Assembly (NCBI GenBank): GCA_964016885.1 | Contig: OZ024746.1 | Location: forward strand, 26,536,001 to 26,600,000 | Direction of reading: 5' to 3' | DNA length: 64,000 nucleotides | From: Eledone cirrhosa | Lineage: Eukaryota | In this document: positions 18,154 through 35,806 of the stretch, one piece after another | Position numbering within the stretch: position 1 is the first letter of the stretch | How the letters are laid out: each line of letters starts with the position of its first letter | The notes under the pieces: model-generated | Seen by the model: only the letters and a program-made list of their open reading frames with translations | What the model was told of the DNA's origin: nothing | Database searches by the model: none | Position numbers and translations under genes: made by a program

Positions 18154-18845
18154 CTGTGTGTGTGTGAATAAACAACCAGGATTAAATTAAATCATTTAAT
18201 ATTTTACGAATGATACATAAAAGAAAAGAATGAAACTAAATGTAGTTAAAATAGATGTTGATAAATGTAAAAGTTGGTGTTTACAAATGTTTAATTGTTC
18301 TTTTCAAGTGGCTTGGGAAATACACTATTGAGGCAATAATTTCTTCGTTATTTTGATAGATAGATTTATTTATTTTGATAGATAGTAACCGGATACTACT
18401 AATAAACTTACATTAATATATTGCCATTTATACATAATCAATCATTAATTAATACACATTGTCTTCAATTAACAAAGTATTTATGACAAACTTATAAAAT
18501 ATGCAATATTTGAAAATATCGGATTGAAAATATGTAAAAATATAGCCCCGACATAAAATTTTATGAGGAACATCAAATTAAGCCCTGTACTTAATCAGCC
18601 ATTAAATTTATTCTTCTCAATATTTTACTAAACTTTTAGACACATTCAATTTTTTCCAAACATCAGTTGTTAAAATGTTACCCAAACACACATGGTACTG
18701 TTTCGAAAATGACTTTTGAATTATATTTGTATACACAGATAATTCAGACTTTACAAAATAAAGTGTTCAAAAACTATTTTTTTTTTTACTTTCTCTCTCT
18801 CATACTCTCACTCTCGACACAAACACATACATTCATGCAGACACA

Positions 18846-19016
<171 letters not shown>

Positions 19017-19196
19017 TAAGATCAAAAGATGGTTAAATGTGTTCCATGTATTTTATTATGCGCATTTCAAAGACAAATATCATCATGCAATAACATTTGT
19101 GTTTTCATCAGATAAAATAGGAGGACATGATATGCAGGTTAAAAACACTTGTGGATAGTGCAGTTCTAATATCGTACTACAATAAAACTCACCTCC

Positions 19197-19280
<84 letters not shown>

Positions 19281-19316
19281 TTTACATATATATATTTATA
19301 TATATATATATACATT

Positions 19317-19385
<69 letters not shown>

Positions 19386-20009
19386 TAAAACCCAGATAGA
19401 CCATAACCCACCAGAGTACTTGATATTTGGGGTAGTAGAGTGGGTGACATAAAAAGATTCAGGACCCCGACGGCTGAACTCCGGCCGGTTCGACAGCTAG
19501 ATCAAAACTAAAGCGCCAGTAGTCGTGATTAAGGAAGTGGTTTTTATACCGGCTCTCTCACATACCCACATATCTCCAGGATTCGTTTCTTGATATTGAT
19601 TCAATGAAGAGACATCAGATCGTAAATTATCGCTGGGTTGATGCATTTTTGATCCTGCGGTCATGACTCCGATTATTTACAAGAACATTCAATTTACCAA
19701 TTCATTTACTTCGGCACAGGTTGAAAGAGTTGTCCCTCCGGCCCACGAAACGTACGACTCTCGTATGGCGCCATTGTAGTAACAATAAATGTAGAAGAAC
19801 AGATGTAGGCTTCAATAGATTTTGCTTTTGATATTTATACGGAAATATATTTAATGAAATAAGTCGACCGAATTCAACTTAACCACAGTGACAAATACCA
19901 AAATATAGAGACCTGCAAAATTCTCATAAACATTTTCTCAAAATAAAATAGTTTCAAAGTTCAATTTACCTGCCATAGCTTCTCACACACACACATATAT
20001 ATATATATG

Positions 20010-20091
<82 letters not shown>

Positions 20092-20250
20092 TGGAAAGTT
20101 ATATTTAAATTGTTGGGTTACAACTACTAAATATTAATAACTGATATAAAAGCACTCGACAAGTATTTGGAGTATATTTACGATATTAAATAAATGGAAA
20201 CTATATTTATAAAACCGGTATGTCAAATCTATTTATCTATAAAACTGTTT

Positions 20251-20327
20251 ATATTGTATTTTGTCTGAGGAAGGCATAGCATATTGTTAATATGATATCC
20301 CTGAAATATATATAATGAAATAAATAT
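20251..20327 (+). ncRNA. Minimal type I hammerhead ribozyme in 5' pLTR
   Basis: Stem I atattgtattttgt / CUGAGGA / stem II agg..cct / GAAA / palindromic tatata / UA / atgaaataaatat. Confidence 0.8.
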
Positions 20328-20500
20328 GGTTTTATAAATATAGTTTCCATTTATTTAATATCGTAAATATACTCCAAATACTTGTCGAGTGCTTTTATAT
20401 CAGTTATTAATATTTACTAGTTGTAACCCAACAATTTAAATATAACTTTCCATGTATCTTGCTCCAATACTGTTGAGCGCTTTATATTATAACTGAAAAG

Positions 20501-22706
20501 ATGGAATTCTTTAAGATTACTTCCTCTTTAAAAGACATACCTCTACCTAGAAACAAAGACTTTATAAAACAATTAATAGATAAATCTGACTCTTTTATAA
20601 GGAGAATCAGGTGGCGAGCATTCCACTTTGATAAATCTAATATAAATGAAAATGTCTCGGACTTAAACAAAGTTTTCAAATCTAAAAGAAATCCACCCCC
20701 TAACAAACTTTTATCTGACTTTGAAAACGATATAATTTCTATCATACAAGGGGTCAAATTCAAGAGAAACTTCAAAGGCCAGGAATATCTGAAAGCCATT
20801 AAGGATAATATTGAGAGCTTAGAGAAAACTGAGAAGATCTTGGTGAAAGACCAACAACCTCTATGGAGTGCAGAAAGACATGTATAATGGCCTCATACTG
20901 AAGGAACTGAGGAAAAAGTACAAGGTAGCAGATAAGGCCGAGCTTGAGAAAATGAATGTCGAAGCATCTTGTATAATGCACGAGTTGGAAATTGAGAACA
21001 GAACACAACCTTTCGTGCCCAGGAAACCGAAGATCAATATGAAAGATCACAAGAGGAATTTTGAAAATGACTTGCCAGTTAGATTGATCGCACCATCAAA
21101 ATCGGACCTGGGCAAATTAAGCAAAAACATTCTTGACAGGGTGATACAGCAAATTAAGAACTTGGATTGTTTATCTAACCTGAGCTTGTGGAAGGGAACT
21201 GGAGAGGTTGTTGAGTGGTTTAAGCAAATTAAATATAACAATAATAATAAGTTTATTCAACTTGATATTGCTAACTATTATTCTTCTATTACCCCTAATC
21301 TACTAAATAAGGCACTAAATTACGCATTCAAACATACAGACCTAACTAGCAATGAAATGCATATTATATTATCGGCTAGGAAAACATTGATAGAATTTAA
21401 TGACCAACTATGGACCAGAGCAGATAGAGATAGCAATTTTGACATTACTATGGGATCATCCGACTCAGCTCAGGTAACTGACCTTGTGGGCTTATTTTTA
21501 ATCAATTCGCTACATAGGAAAATACCTGGTACTACCGGAGGTTTATATAAAGATGACATGCTTTTACTTATTGATAATAATAACTCTGAACTAAATAGAA
21601 AATGTAAACAAATTACACAATTTTTTAATTACTTTAATCTTAAAATAGAAATTGAGAACAACCATAGAATAGTCAATTTCCTAGATATAACATTAAATCT
21701 CAACACATGTCTTCACTATCCTTTTCACAAGTTGAATGAAAACTTAAACTATGTCAGCTTTAACTCTAACCACCCCAGATCTGTCAAAAACACTATAGTA
21801 AACTCTGTTCAAAAACGTATCTCTAGAATCTCGTCTAATAGAAAGATTTTCGACGAAAAAGCCCAGTACTACAATGAAGCGTTAGCTAGAGCAGGATATA
21901 CTGATAAGATTAGTTTCATAGATAATGATAGACAAACTAAACAAAATAACAACTATTTTAATTACGGCAACAACCTTAACAACTATAATAGAAAGCATTA
22001 CAATAATTCCAAGGGCCAAAAAAGAAATAGAACTAGGAACATAATTTGGTTTGCCCCCCCTTTCTCACTAAACATTAAAACCCACATCGCTAAACTATTT
22101 TTTAAAGCTCTTGATAATCGCTTCCCTAGAACACATAGGTATCACTCAATTTTCAATAGACATACTATAAAATTAACCTACTCATCCACCAAAAATTTAG
22201 CACAAAATATTAATAGAATAAATAATAGGAACTTAAAACCTAGTGATAATAGCATAAATAATATACAAGTTAACAAATGTAACTGTAGAGATAGATCTAA
22301 ATGTCCGTTAAATAACAACTGCTTAGTTAAAAATATAGTATACAATTGTAATGTTAAAACTGATTCTAATTCTTTTAACTACGTCGGTTCCACATCGACG
22401 GAATTTAAACTTCGCTATAATAACCACAAGAATTCTTTCACAGATCCAAGCAAAAAATCTTCAACGGCACTATCAGGCGTACTCTGGCAACTTAAGTTAG
22501 ATAACGTTAGATATTCGACGGCTTGGAATATAGTCTCAAGAGGGATTCCTTTTAATTCATCCTCTGAGACATGTGACCTCTGCGCAGAGGAGATATTCTT
22601 TATACTAAAATCTAAAAATTCCCTTAATCTACGGACAAATTTATTCAGTTGCTGCAAACATAGATTAAACTCAACTTTTAAATATAAATTTAAATTTAAA
22701 ATGTAG
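20501..22706 (+). pseudogene. PLE reverse transcriptase + GIY-YIG endonuclease, frameshifted (8-nt deletion near 20848)
   Basis: LDIANYY, MGS, GLYKDD, NFLDITL; CNC..CPL..C linker; NIVY..YVG..R..H..CDLC..E..LN.R endonuclease. Confidence 0.88.
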
Positions 22707-23150
22707 TATATTTAGTTTGATTTATAATTATTTGGGAAACTAGCCGATAAATCTTTCGATTTCTTCTTTTTATTCTTCTTTTTATTTTTATTTTTATTTT
22801 TATTTAAACATTCTTCATGAAAAATTAAACTACCCTAAAAGTTGATGCTCCAAATATTTCGAATAAACGTTACACTAGATAAACTTCTATATTAAATATA
22901 AGAACACATGTAGACCAAATGGCATCCTAAACTTTTTGAAATGATTTTTGCTAGATGCGATTTGATAAATAATTTTTAGCTTTATCTGTTTTCGACTCTG
23001 ATGCTTATAATGAACTTGGCAATATATTGTCAATTAATTTTGAAGGGTTGATCTTTGTGGTTTATTTTTATTATTGTAGTATTTTCTAATATTTTTATTT
23101 TTAATATGTAATATTTTTTCGTAATATTTTTTAGTTTTCTATTTTATTAT

Positions 23151-23183
<33 letters not shown>

Positions 23184-24035
23184 GTTGTTTTTTGGTTTTT
23201 GTTTCTGATATATTTTTTATTAATATATTGAAATCTGCTCTCTATTTCTGCATGATAGATAATCTTGTAGAGTAAAGACAAGAATAGTAGTAATATAGAC
23301 TCTATATATATATGTGTATATATATACACATATGTGTATACTTAAATTTTTATAGCACAATGAGAATGTTTTCCGTGTGAACTTAGGGTTTGCAGAGTTG
23401 ATCATGTAAATTCACATCGATGTTTGTAGTTATCATATAAACATATGAATTTTTTTAAAACTAAACATAAGATCATTACTTTTCACACATTATGGATACG
23501 TGTCTCATTCAGGAATACTGATATTTTCAATAGAGTGCCTGGTTTTTATACATATTAATACTTCTACATTAAAACATAGGGTTTTTATGCCTCGCCTATG
23601 TCTGGTTACTTTTCATTTTTCTCTCTATATAACAGCTGGTTTCTCTCCTAACCACATATATCTCCCTTACATTAATACTAGAGCTAAATAAATAAATAAA
23701 TAAATAAATGTATCATTGATACGTTTACTCAACGGATGTCCAACTACATATTTTTCTATATATATATCTATCTCTATCTATTTCCTCTCTCTATATATAT
23801 CTCTCTCTGTTTCTTTACATGAAGTTCTTCTTTTTATCTATCTTTCCATCTCTCTATTTTGTTCCATGCATTTCTTCTTTTTCTTCTTTTTCTTCGTTTT
23901 CTGTCTTTCTTTCCTTTTTTTTTTTTTTCTCTATTTCTTTCTCTCTGTTTACAATTTTTTCACTGCCAATTCAACTTTTCAAATACAAGTCGATGTTGCA
24001 CGGTATGTCAAATCTATTTATCTATAAAACTGTTT

Positions 24036-24112
24036 ATATTGTATTTTGTCTGAGGAAGGCATAGCATATTGTTAATATGATATCCCTGAAATATATATAA
24101 TGAAATAAATAT
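24036..24112 (+). ncRNA. Hammerhead ribozyme in 3' pLTR
   Basis: Identical to 20251-20327. Confidence 0.8.
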
Positions 24113-24155
24113 GGTTTTATAAATATAGTTTCCATTTATTTAATATCGTATATAT

Positions 24156-24234
<79 letters not shown>

Positions 24235-24235
<1 letters not shown>

Positions 24236-24917
24236 CAGGTAAATGACCCATTCCCGATCGTGTACTTATTTAATTGTAAGATGTCTTTCTTCACATATTT
24301 TCCCATTTATCCAATGATTATTCTTCAGTATCTTCTCTTTCTTTTCTTTTAATTATTCTATTTTAACTATCTATGTGTGTTGTAGGAGAAATTTTCACAG
24401 TTGGGGAGGTGACATTCAGTGTTCTACAATCATGTAGTTGCTGCTAAATGAGAGTTTACAATATTCTTTGTTTATTTTTGTAGTAATTGGGAAATTCCTA
24501 CACTATAACCATATCTATAGTCTAATGCTCTCCATAACTGACCATCTCTTCATCAATTTAGCTATTATTTATCTTGAAATTCATTATGAAATCTGTCTAT
24601 AAATTTATTTACACAGGGGCGTATGATTTCGCGAAGATTTAGTTCCTGCTTCTGTGTAGAAATCCCCAATATACCTAATTTAAATATTTATCACTGATCC
24701 AGAATGTAATTATTCTCTTAAAATATAATAAAATATTTCTGGTTTTAATTACTGATGAAGTTTAAATATTTCCTTGTTTAATTAATAGAATCTTTAAACC
24801 TTTTTTTCTCCTCCAGATTGGTAATATACATTGGTTTTATACATCTCAACATGGATGACATTGATATATATTCTTTTATTTTCAGATATTCCAGTTGTTT
24901 TCAAAAGTATAAAACAA
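24235..24917 (+). pseudogene. Inverted paralog fragment (longer form), unit 2
   Basis: As 7535-8072, plus ~145 bp more intron 1 homology. Confidence 0.85.
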
Positions 24918-27057
24918 GTAATACCCTCAGCGCTCCCAATCCTATTTCCAGAGAGACCTGCCTACACGCAAGTTGTAAATAATATATAACAAATAAAATA
25001 GTTAATTTTTATATAATAAAATAATGTAATATATTCTATGTATAAATAAATATTATATATTTTATATTTTACTATATTGATATATAATATTGTTATACTT
25101 GGGGAGGGTCATATTTGTGTAATATTGCCAGAATTAATAATAGAACACACTTACTGTTGGGTTGGTTTTTCGCTTTTCACTTCTGTGTCTTTTATATCGG
25201 TAATCTAATTTATTCGGTCCTCAATGTTGCCACTCACTGCCCAACGGTCAAAAATAATACAGATACAATATAGACACAAACACATATATATAGTTTATCA
25301 AAGTTCTTTCGTTGTACATCTGCAACATCGTCAGTGGTGCTATTGTTTCCTCCCGTTACATTGTACTTTCTACGCCATCTTCATTTAGTCTGTTTATATA
25401 TTTATTTATTTGTTTATTTTATTTTGACTTCTTTGCGCATGCGTTTGCGTGTGTGTATAGTGTTTTGTTTGATGTGTGTTCGTGATTGGGTGACTGTGTA
25501 TTGGTTAATGTATTCTATCTTTACTAGTGTGTGTTTATATGTGTTTGTTGTTATTGTTGTCTATGTTACCGTCGTGTTGTCTGGCATGTTCGTATAGTAC
25601 TGACCCGTTTTTTCGTCCTTTTAGTTCCCCCAGTGTTGGTCTATCCTTTCACCTGTGCTACGAGCTGTCTCTCCTATGTATGTTGCTGTCATGTTTCTGC
25701 AAGTACCCTCTGTACATCTTATGCTATAGACTACGTTTCTAGTTTTACAATTTATCCGTATAAATTTTATATTTTTTATTTTATATTTTATATTTTATAT
25801 TTTATATATTATATTTTATATTTTATATACTATTATATCATTTCTATCGTCCCCTTAGGCTGAAGCACCCCAGGACCTTCTCAACGCTCCCGGGGTGGGG
25901 GCATTAGCGTCCACTTTAAGAACCTTTGGTTTATGCGGTGGCATTTTTCCTCTGGTCAGTTCCCCATAAAATAACCGTTTAGGAAGCCCTTCATCTTCCA
26001 TCCTGCTCAAGTCACCTGCCCAATGCATCTAGCTCATTATAATCCTTATCTCAATACTGGTGCTACCCGCTTTTACGGTACAGCAGTATCAGATGTGTAA
26101 GAGGACCACTTGATGTTCAGTAAGCGTGGGATACAAGATAAATCACAATGAGTGGATTGATGATAATGATGTTGCAATCACCAAGCCTAGTGAAGAGAAA
26201 AATAACTTGTATTGAAGTGTCTTGTTGCAGATGGTCCAGTGATGATCACTTTTGAGAAGACCTTCAAAGAAACAAAGTCAAAACTGCCATATAAATTTCT
26301 AAGAATGAAGAATAAATTATGGTCTGAAGTTTCAGCCGAGATTCAGAAAGATTATAACTGCAGAGAATTACAGCACAATAAGTTAAGCTTTTGGCTCAGC
26401 GCACTAAAACATGGCACCATTGAAGTAAAGAGATGGGAAAGCCCTCATCAAAGAGATGGACACAATGAAACTCTAGATTTTGATGGAATACCTGTTGAGC
26501 TGATCCGCTTTCGAGGTGACAATGTTGCTATGGCCATTCATAGACTAGTCTCATCAGTTTGGCATTGTGGGCCTATCCCGCAAGGCTGGGTAGATGCAAT
26601 TTTGCTCTTGATTTACAATGGCAAGAGCTCCAAGTTTAAATGCGGTGGATATCGTAGTATAAGTCTGCTCGATTCGGAAGGGAATGTTGTATCCAAGGTC
26701 TTGTTGAATCGTCTAAATGGATCTGTCCTGGGGCCATCCCTGATAGCCAGGAACTAGGCGGAGTACTGTGGACAGGATTTTTGCAGTCCATCAGCTTATG
26801 GAGTGCGTTGAGCAGCAAGTGTCACTGTACAAAGTATTTGTGAACTTTATCAAAACCTTTGATACTGTTAATCGTAGTACATTGTGAATCATATTGGGGA
26901 AATTTGGATGACGTCATGAATTTGTTGGAATATGCAAAAAATTCCATCAAAATATGAAAACAAAAGTGAACTTCAACGGGACACTTTCAGAGCCAATTTC
27001 AATGGCAAACGGTGTCTAGCAAGGTGGCATTCCTGCACCCACTCTGTTTACCATCAA

Positions 27058-27727
27058 TCACCATATCTTTCTTAATCGGGTGAAATATTCCCTGGTTACG
27101 CGTTCCTTGTCACCGATACCATCATAGGATATATTCTCATCTATCCCTAGGTATCTGTAGCAGTTCTTGTCACATATCGGTGAAACAATTAAGCTATTGA
27201 TAAAAATGTTGCTAGATTGGCTTGTAGTTTTTCCCCGTTTTACAATCACATATGAACATTTAGGCTAAATTCCATTCCTATATCCTTTGAGTTTGCCGTA
27301 ACCAGGTCAAGATTTTTCTTCATCTCATTTATCTTTTTGGCATAGAGTTTCAGGTCATCCACAAAGAAATTATCGGTTAGGTTCCTATTTCTCTCCTCCT
27401 GGGAACCAATTATGTATCCTTCACATTTCTTGAGCAGAAAGGACAAGGGGTTTAATTACAGAATAAATAGTAACACAGAGAGAATATACTCCTGTGATAT
27501 TATATTTCATCAGTGAAAATAACATCCTTCTCCTCTGTTTTTAACTTTAGGATAGTAGCCCAAGAAGAAGATAGGTTCTCTATGGCTCTGATAATAGTAT
27601 CTGGGACTATCATCCAAGAGTGGGGAACAGAACTTTCCTGTAGTCCAGCCAGACTGTAACCACATTCTTGCTAAGTTGTTGCATCTCTCATTCCAGCTGC
27701 TTGCTCATCTGTTATGATGTTATTATA
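27058..27727 (-). mobile_element. R4/Dong-like fragment, unit 2 (with ~370-bp deletion)
   Basis: Same motifs; deletion junction tattat|aactagg near 27727. Confidence 0.75.
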
Positions 27728-28684
27728 ACTAGGACCAATACAACCGAATTAAGCTGAGGTAATGGTAATTCAAACAATTTAATTTTAATGATACTTCCAA
27801 AACTGGCTCCTTGTCTCATTAGAATTAAAACTGCTAGATCAGCAGTAGGAAATATTTTTATGCCGGTATACACGCTTAGAAATTAACTGACATTCAATGA
27901 AGCCACAATTTGAAAAACATATAGTCCCGCTAAAGTTCAAGCCTTTGGAAATATATAATTTCGAATGTAGTTGTTACTTTTCGTAACAATCATAATAAAT
28001 TGAACAGATTAACGTTCAATATAATGAAATCAGCAAGAACGTTCTGCTTCTTTCAGTTGGCAGTAAATATTATTTGGGAAAGTTCGATATAAATATCTCA
28101 ACCCTGTGTCAGAGTTTTTTCATGTTTGCCAGACCATCACCAATATTGTTATAGCGAAGTTTATTGTGAAATAAACCTTCAATCATATACTGTATATGAT
28201 ATACATTTCAAAGTATATTATATATATAATATGAATACATTACACATTATAATAAATTGTAAACAAACGAAAGTAAGGTTTAAAAAAGTCGAACGTAATA
28301 TAAATTCAATATCTTTAATGTTTCAATAAAAAAAATATAAATATAAAAAGTTTATATAACAAATAATTATCTAAAATATAGATATATATTTTACAGTTCC
28401 AGTTTGGTGTTATCAATAATACCATTTCAGTAGGATTATAAATTTAAAGAAATGATACATAATATTACATAGGATATAAATGTAGAGTTCTCTGTTATAT
28501 ATCAAGCATTACAGAGAAATTAGATAAAATATTCATATTTTTAGAAAATATATTTACAAAATTACAACAGTATTGTTGAGAATTGAAGCTGAAACACTTC
28601 TACATATTTATAACGATACACTTGTATCTGGGTGTCTAACTGACAGGGGTACCAAGGAATATTATAGATTGAGCATTAGATATT

Positions 28685-31269
<2,585 letters not shown>

Positions 31270-32335
31270 CCATAGTTTACTATTTGGATGAGAATAGATT
31301 TACTTTCAGTTGTAGAGACCGGCGTATCTATTTATAATCCCAATTTTAGTAGGAGAGATAAAAGTAGAGGGAGAGAAGGACGGGGTGAGAGGATGGTGAG
31401 AGAAAAAAGAGAAAGTTAAGTGAGAGAGAGAGGGGGAGAGGGAGAGGGGTAGGGAGGGAGTGAAAGTAATATGTAGGATGGAGGACGTGTGAATGGAGGG
31501 AGAAGGAGAGAGTAGTTAAGTGTAACAATGAATAACTACTTTTATCTTAATTTTAGGTCAAAAGTCTATTTTACTTTATTTCATTGATGGGAAACATTTA
31601 TTTCGTAGAAGTGTCATTTTAAACGTTTAGAATCACACACAAACACAAATCTTGGTTTTATATATATTATGTTTCTCTCAGTGCCAAAACTTCCAACAAA
31701 GATTTTGATGCTAAGAAGTAAATGCTATTTATGTTAAAATATTTGTGTTTTTCATATTGTAATATTTTCAATTTCTTCTGATAAAGAAATTCGCGTTTAA
31801 TTTATTGTGTATTGTTTTGTTTGTCTGTTTGTTTTGTTGTTTTTTTTTCTTTTATTTTCGATATTCCATAACCTCCGCTGAGAAAATACCACAATTCTTG
31901 GGTTATTTCACACTTTCATTATGAAACATAAGACGGAAGTGTTACAATACATGTGACCTCCTACACAGCATCACACTGTCATAGTAATAGTAAAATATAT
32001 GTCAGTTTCCATAAACGCTGAAACATAACTGAAAGTAAACAATTATCATTTAGTAAATATAGAATATTAAAGAGGTTATATTTTATATTACGTGCATGTG
32101 GTTAGAATGTCTGAAGAATGAATCAATGGACAGATTTGACGGACAAAACCAACTGGCAGGGTATCCTGGGTGCAACCCGAGTAAGACGGTAGGGTAAAAT
32201 ACATGAGATCGGCTGGTCTAAATTGAGTATCCAGCCAGATCAAATATTGATTAAATAGATCATCAATAGTTTTGGAGGATTGGGGGTCATCCTTCTCTCT
32301 CCGTATTACATGAGTTATAATTTATAGGTCTGTTA

Positions 32336-32875
32336 ATTTTCTCCAGTGTATAGGTGTGGTGATTTTCTCCAGTCTATAGGTGTGGTGATTTTCTCCAGTC
32401 TCTAGGTGTCGGGGATTTTCTCCTGTCTATAGGTATGGTGATTTTCTCCAGTCTATAGGTGTGGTGGTGATTTTCTCCAGTCTATAGGTGTGGGGATTTT
32501 CTCCAGTCTATAGGTGTGGTGGTGATCTTCTCCAGTCTATAGGTGTGGGGATTTTCTCCAGTCTATAGGTGTGGTGGTGATCTTCTCCAGTCTATAGGTG
32601 TGGGGATTTTCTCCAGTCTATAGGTGTGTTGATCTTCTCCAGTCTATAGGTGTGGTGATTTTCTCCAGTCTATAGGTGTGGGGATTTTCTCCAGTCTATA
32701 GGTGTGGTGATTTTCTCCAGTCTATAGGTGTGGTGGTGATTTTCTCCAGTCTATAGGTGTGGTGATTTTCTCCAGTCTCTAGGTGTGGTGATTTTCTCCT
32801 GTCTATAGGTGTGGTGATTTTCTCCTGTCTATAGGTATGGTGATTTTCTCCAGTCTATAGGTCTCGGGGATTTTA
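32336..32875. repeat. 26-bp minisatellite, ~20 copies
   Basis: Variant order matches unit 2. Confidence 0.95.
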
Positions 32876-35380
32876 TTCAAGATTTGTAAGCCGTATATTT
32901 AGTTTGACTTAGTACAATATTTCTATGAGTGAACTACTTGAGTGTCTGGTTGATGTGTTAATGTTACTACAATAGAAATAATTACCTATAGGAAAATAAT
33001 AATAGTATGGCACAGTTCATTACTGGTATCTTTGGATCAACACATCTATCAACAAATCTACCAACTAATCTATCAGATGTCACGATAAATCTCTGGTCAA
33101 AATATTTACCATTAATCACTTGTTTGTACACTTCTCTTTTATTTTAAACCTATTCATCGTGTTGGAGTTCTTCAGGTTGGTTCCTTCCAATCCTTTGGAA
33201 CACATAATAATTGATTGTGTACACCTGTCTTCAGAGAATCTTGCAACAATTTAGTAATCACAATTCAATATATATATATATATATATATAGTGACGAAAC
33301 ATAAGTCTATTGCATGAACTCATAATCCTTTATTTACTGCTATATATATTTCGATGATAGCCATTGAATGGCTATGACCTCATCGGGCAGTTAGTCAGTT
33401 CTTAGATATGCCAGCTCTGTGTTTATAGTGTTGATGGTATCAGAGCCTTGGGACATATATATATATGGTAGGGGGGTGTAGGCATGATTCTCATGTTGAA
33501 TACAGAAAATATGTATGCATCAGTCATGTAATAAGAAATGATACTAATAATTACTCCTGACAGAAATCTAAGAGAAAACATTCAAGGAAAAAAGGTGTAG
33601 CTAATCAAAATGACTTCAGTACATCACAGGTGTTATTTTATTGATTTTCGATGATTTGAAATCAAACCTTAATGACATAACTAATTAACGTGAATCTAAC
33701 ATCTAACCTAATGATAATTGTTTATATTAATATCATTTTTTGCATAGACACAATAGCACAAAGCATAATCTATTATATCTATTTTGGTACAATATGCTAT
33801 ATTATCTATTATATCTATTTTGGTACAGTATGCTATATTATGTTCTCGTCATTATTATTGTTTGTGTCATGGCTTCAGTTTATGGTTTCTATGGCTTTAG
33901 TTTATGGTTTTTTTCATCAGAATCCGGCATATTTGGGGACAAATCAGTGTCAACCAGGACACATTAATAAGCCGGATGGAATAACGTGACTGATCATACA
34001 AACTGAGGTAATCCCGGCCACAACAGGAAATACAGTCTGTCTATCCACATACATTTATACATATAAACTGATCTCCATTCCTTTTACTGTAACACAACTA
34101 ATATGTGGCTGGGTACTAATGTTAAACATTACTATTATTATTCGGATCCGGCTATCAGCTGAGTTTATCATAAAGACTGCCCCACCGCCCTTTTTAACCA
34201 GGAACGGTAGGCAGTTTTTATCTGCCTAATGGCCATGGTGATAGAGATCATATGTTTTTAGGATTCACTTGAAAAGGAAAATCGGGGTGGAGAGGGAAGT
34301 GTTGATTTCCAGCCAGTTTATTGAAAGATGGGTGAGAGATGTAATAATGGCCCGTGTGAATGTGTCTGCCCTGAGCGTGTGCCTGTAGTACTGAAGGAAG
34401 ACAATGCTTGCCTTAACAGTCTGGGTGACCTTGGCTTATGTAGGCTTTCTCCACATGTAACCATTGGAGTCTCCTCGCCTTTGGGGATTTATGTTTGTTG
34501 TTTTAAATGTTTATTGCTTTAATATCTGTTATAAATATTATTTTACACAAAAAAATCTACAAGAAAGCATTTGGGAGTACCGGTAGAGCGTAGAGTTAAG
34601 TCCCTTTACATTCTGAGTTCAATAATAAGTATGTGTGTGTGCGGGTGGGGGTGTGTGTGTGTCTGTGTGTGTGTGTGTGTGTGTGTGTCTGTGTGTGTGT
34701 GAATAAACAACCAGGATTAAATTAAATCATTTAATATTTTACGAATGATACATAAAAGAAAAGAATGAAACTAAATGTAGTTAAAATAGATGTTGATAAA
34801 TGTAAAAGTTGGTGTTTACAAATGTTTAATTGTTCTTTTCAAGTGGCTTGGGAAATACACTATTGAGGCAATAATTTCTTCGTTATTTTGATAGATAGAT
34901 TTATTTATTTTGATAGATAGTAACCGGATACTACTAATAAACTTACATTAATATATTGCCATTTATACATAATCAATCATTAATTAATACACATTGTCTT
35001 CAATTAACAAAGTATTTATGACAAACTTATAAAATATGCAATATTTGAAAATATCGGATTGAAAATATGTAAAAATATAGCCCCGACATAAAATTTTATG
35101 AGGAACATCAAATTAAGCCCTGTACTTAATCAGCCATTAAATTTATTCTTCTCAATATTTTACTAAACTTTTAGACACATTCAATTTTTTCCAAACATCA
35201 GTTGTTAAAATGTTACCCAAACACACATGGTACTGTTTCGAAAATGACTTTTGAATTATATTTGTATACACAGATAATTCAGACTTTACAAAATAAAGTG
35301 TTCAAAAACTATTTTTTTTTTTACTTTCTCTCTCTCATACTCTCACTCTCGACACAAACACATACATTCATGCAGACACA

Positions 35381-35487
<107 letters not shown>

Positions 35488-35667
35488 TAAGATCAAAAGA
35501 TGGTTAAATGTGTTCCATGTATTTTATTATGCGCATTTCAAAGACAAATATCATCATGCAATAACATTTGTGTTTTCATCAGATAAAATAGGAGGACATG
35601 ATATGCAGGTTAAAAACACTTGTGGATAGTGCAGTTCTAATATCGTACTACAATAAAACTCACCTCC

Positions 35668-35725
<58 letters not shown>

Positions 35726-35761
35726 TTTACATATATATATTTATATATATATATATACATT

Positions 35762-35806
<45 letters not shown>

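Larger units (their letters stand above)
20091..24150 (+). mobile_element. Penelope-like retroelement (C-terminal GIY-YIG; probably Hydra clade)
   Basis: 150-bp direct pLTRs at 20216-20365 and 24001-24150; inverted 5' copy 20091-20216 vs 20328-20453; (TA)n on both sides; RT+EN ORF. Confidence 0.92.

Noticed and set aside
20501-22706. Telomerase, retron or selenoprotein (Naiad-type) RT
   Set aside because: C-terminal GIY-YIG and pLTRs define a PLE; the breaks are indels, not in-frame TGA codons.
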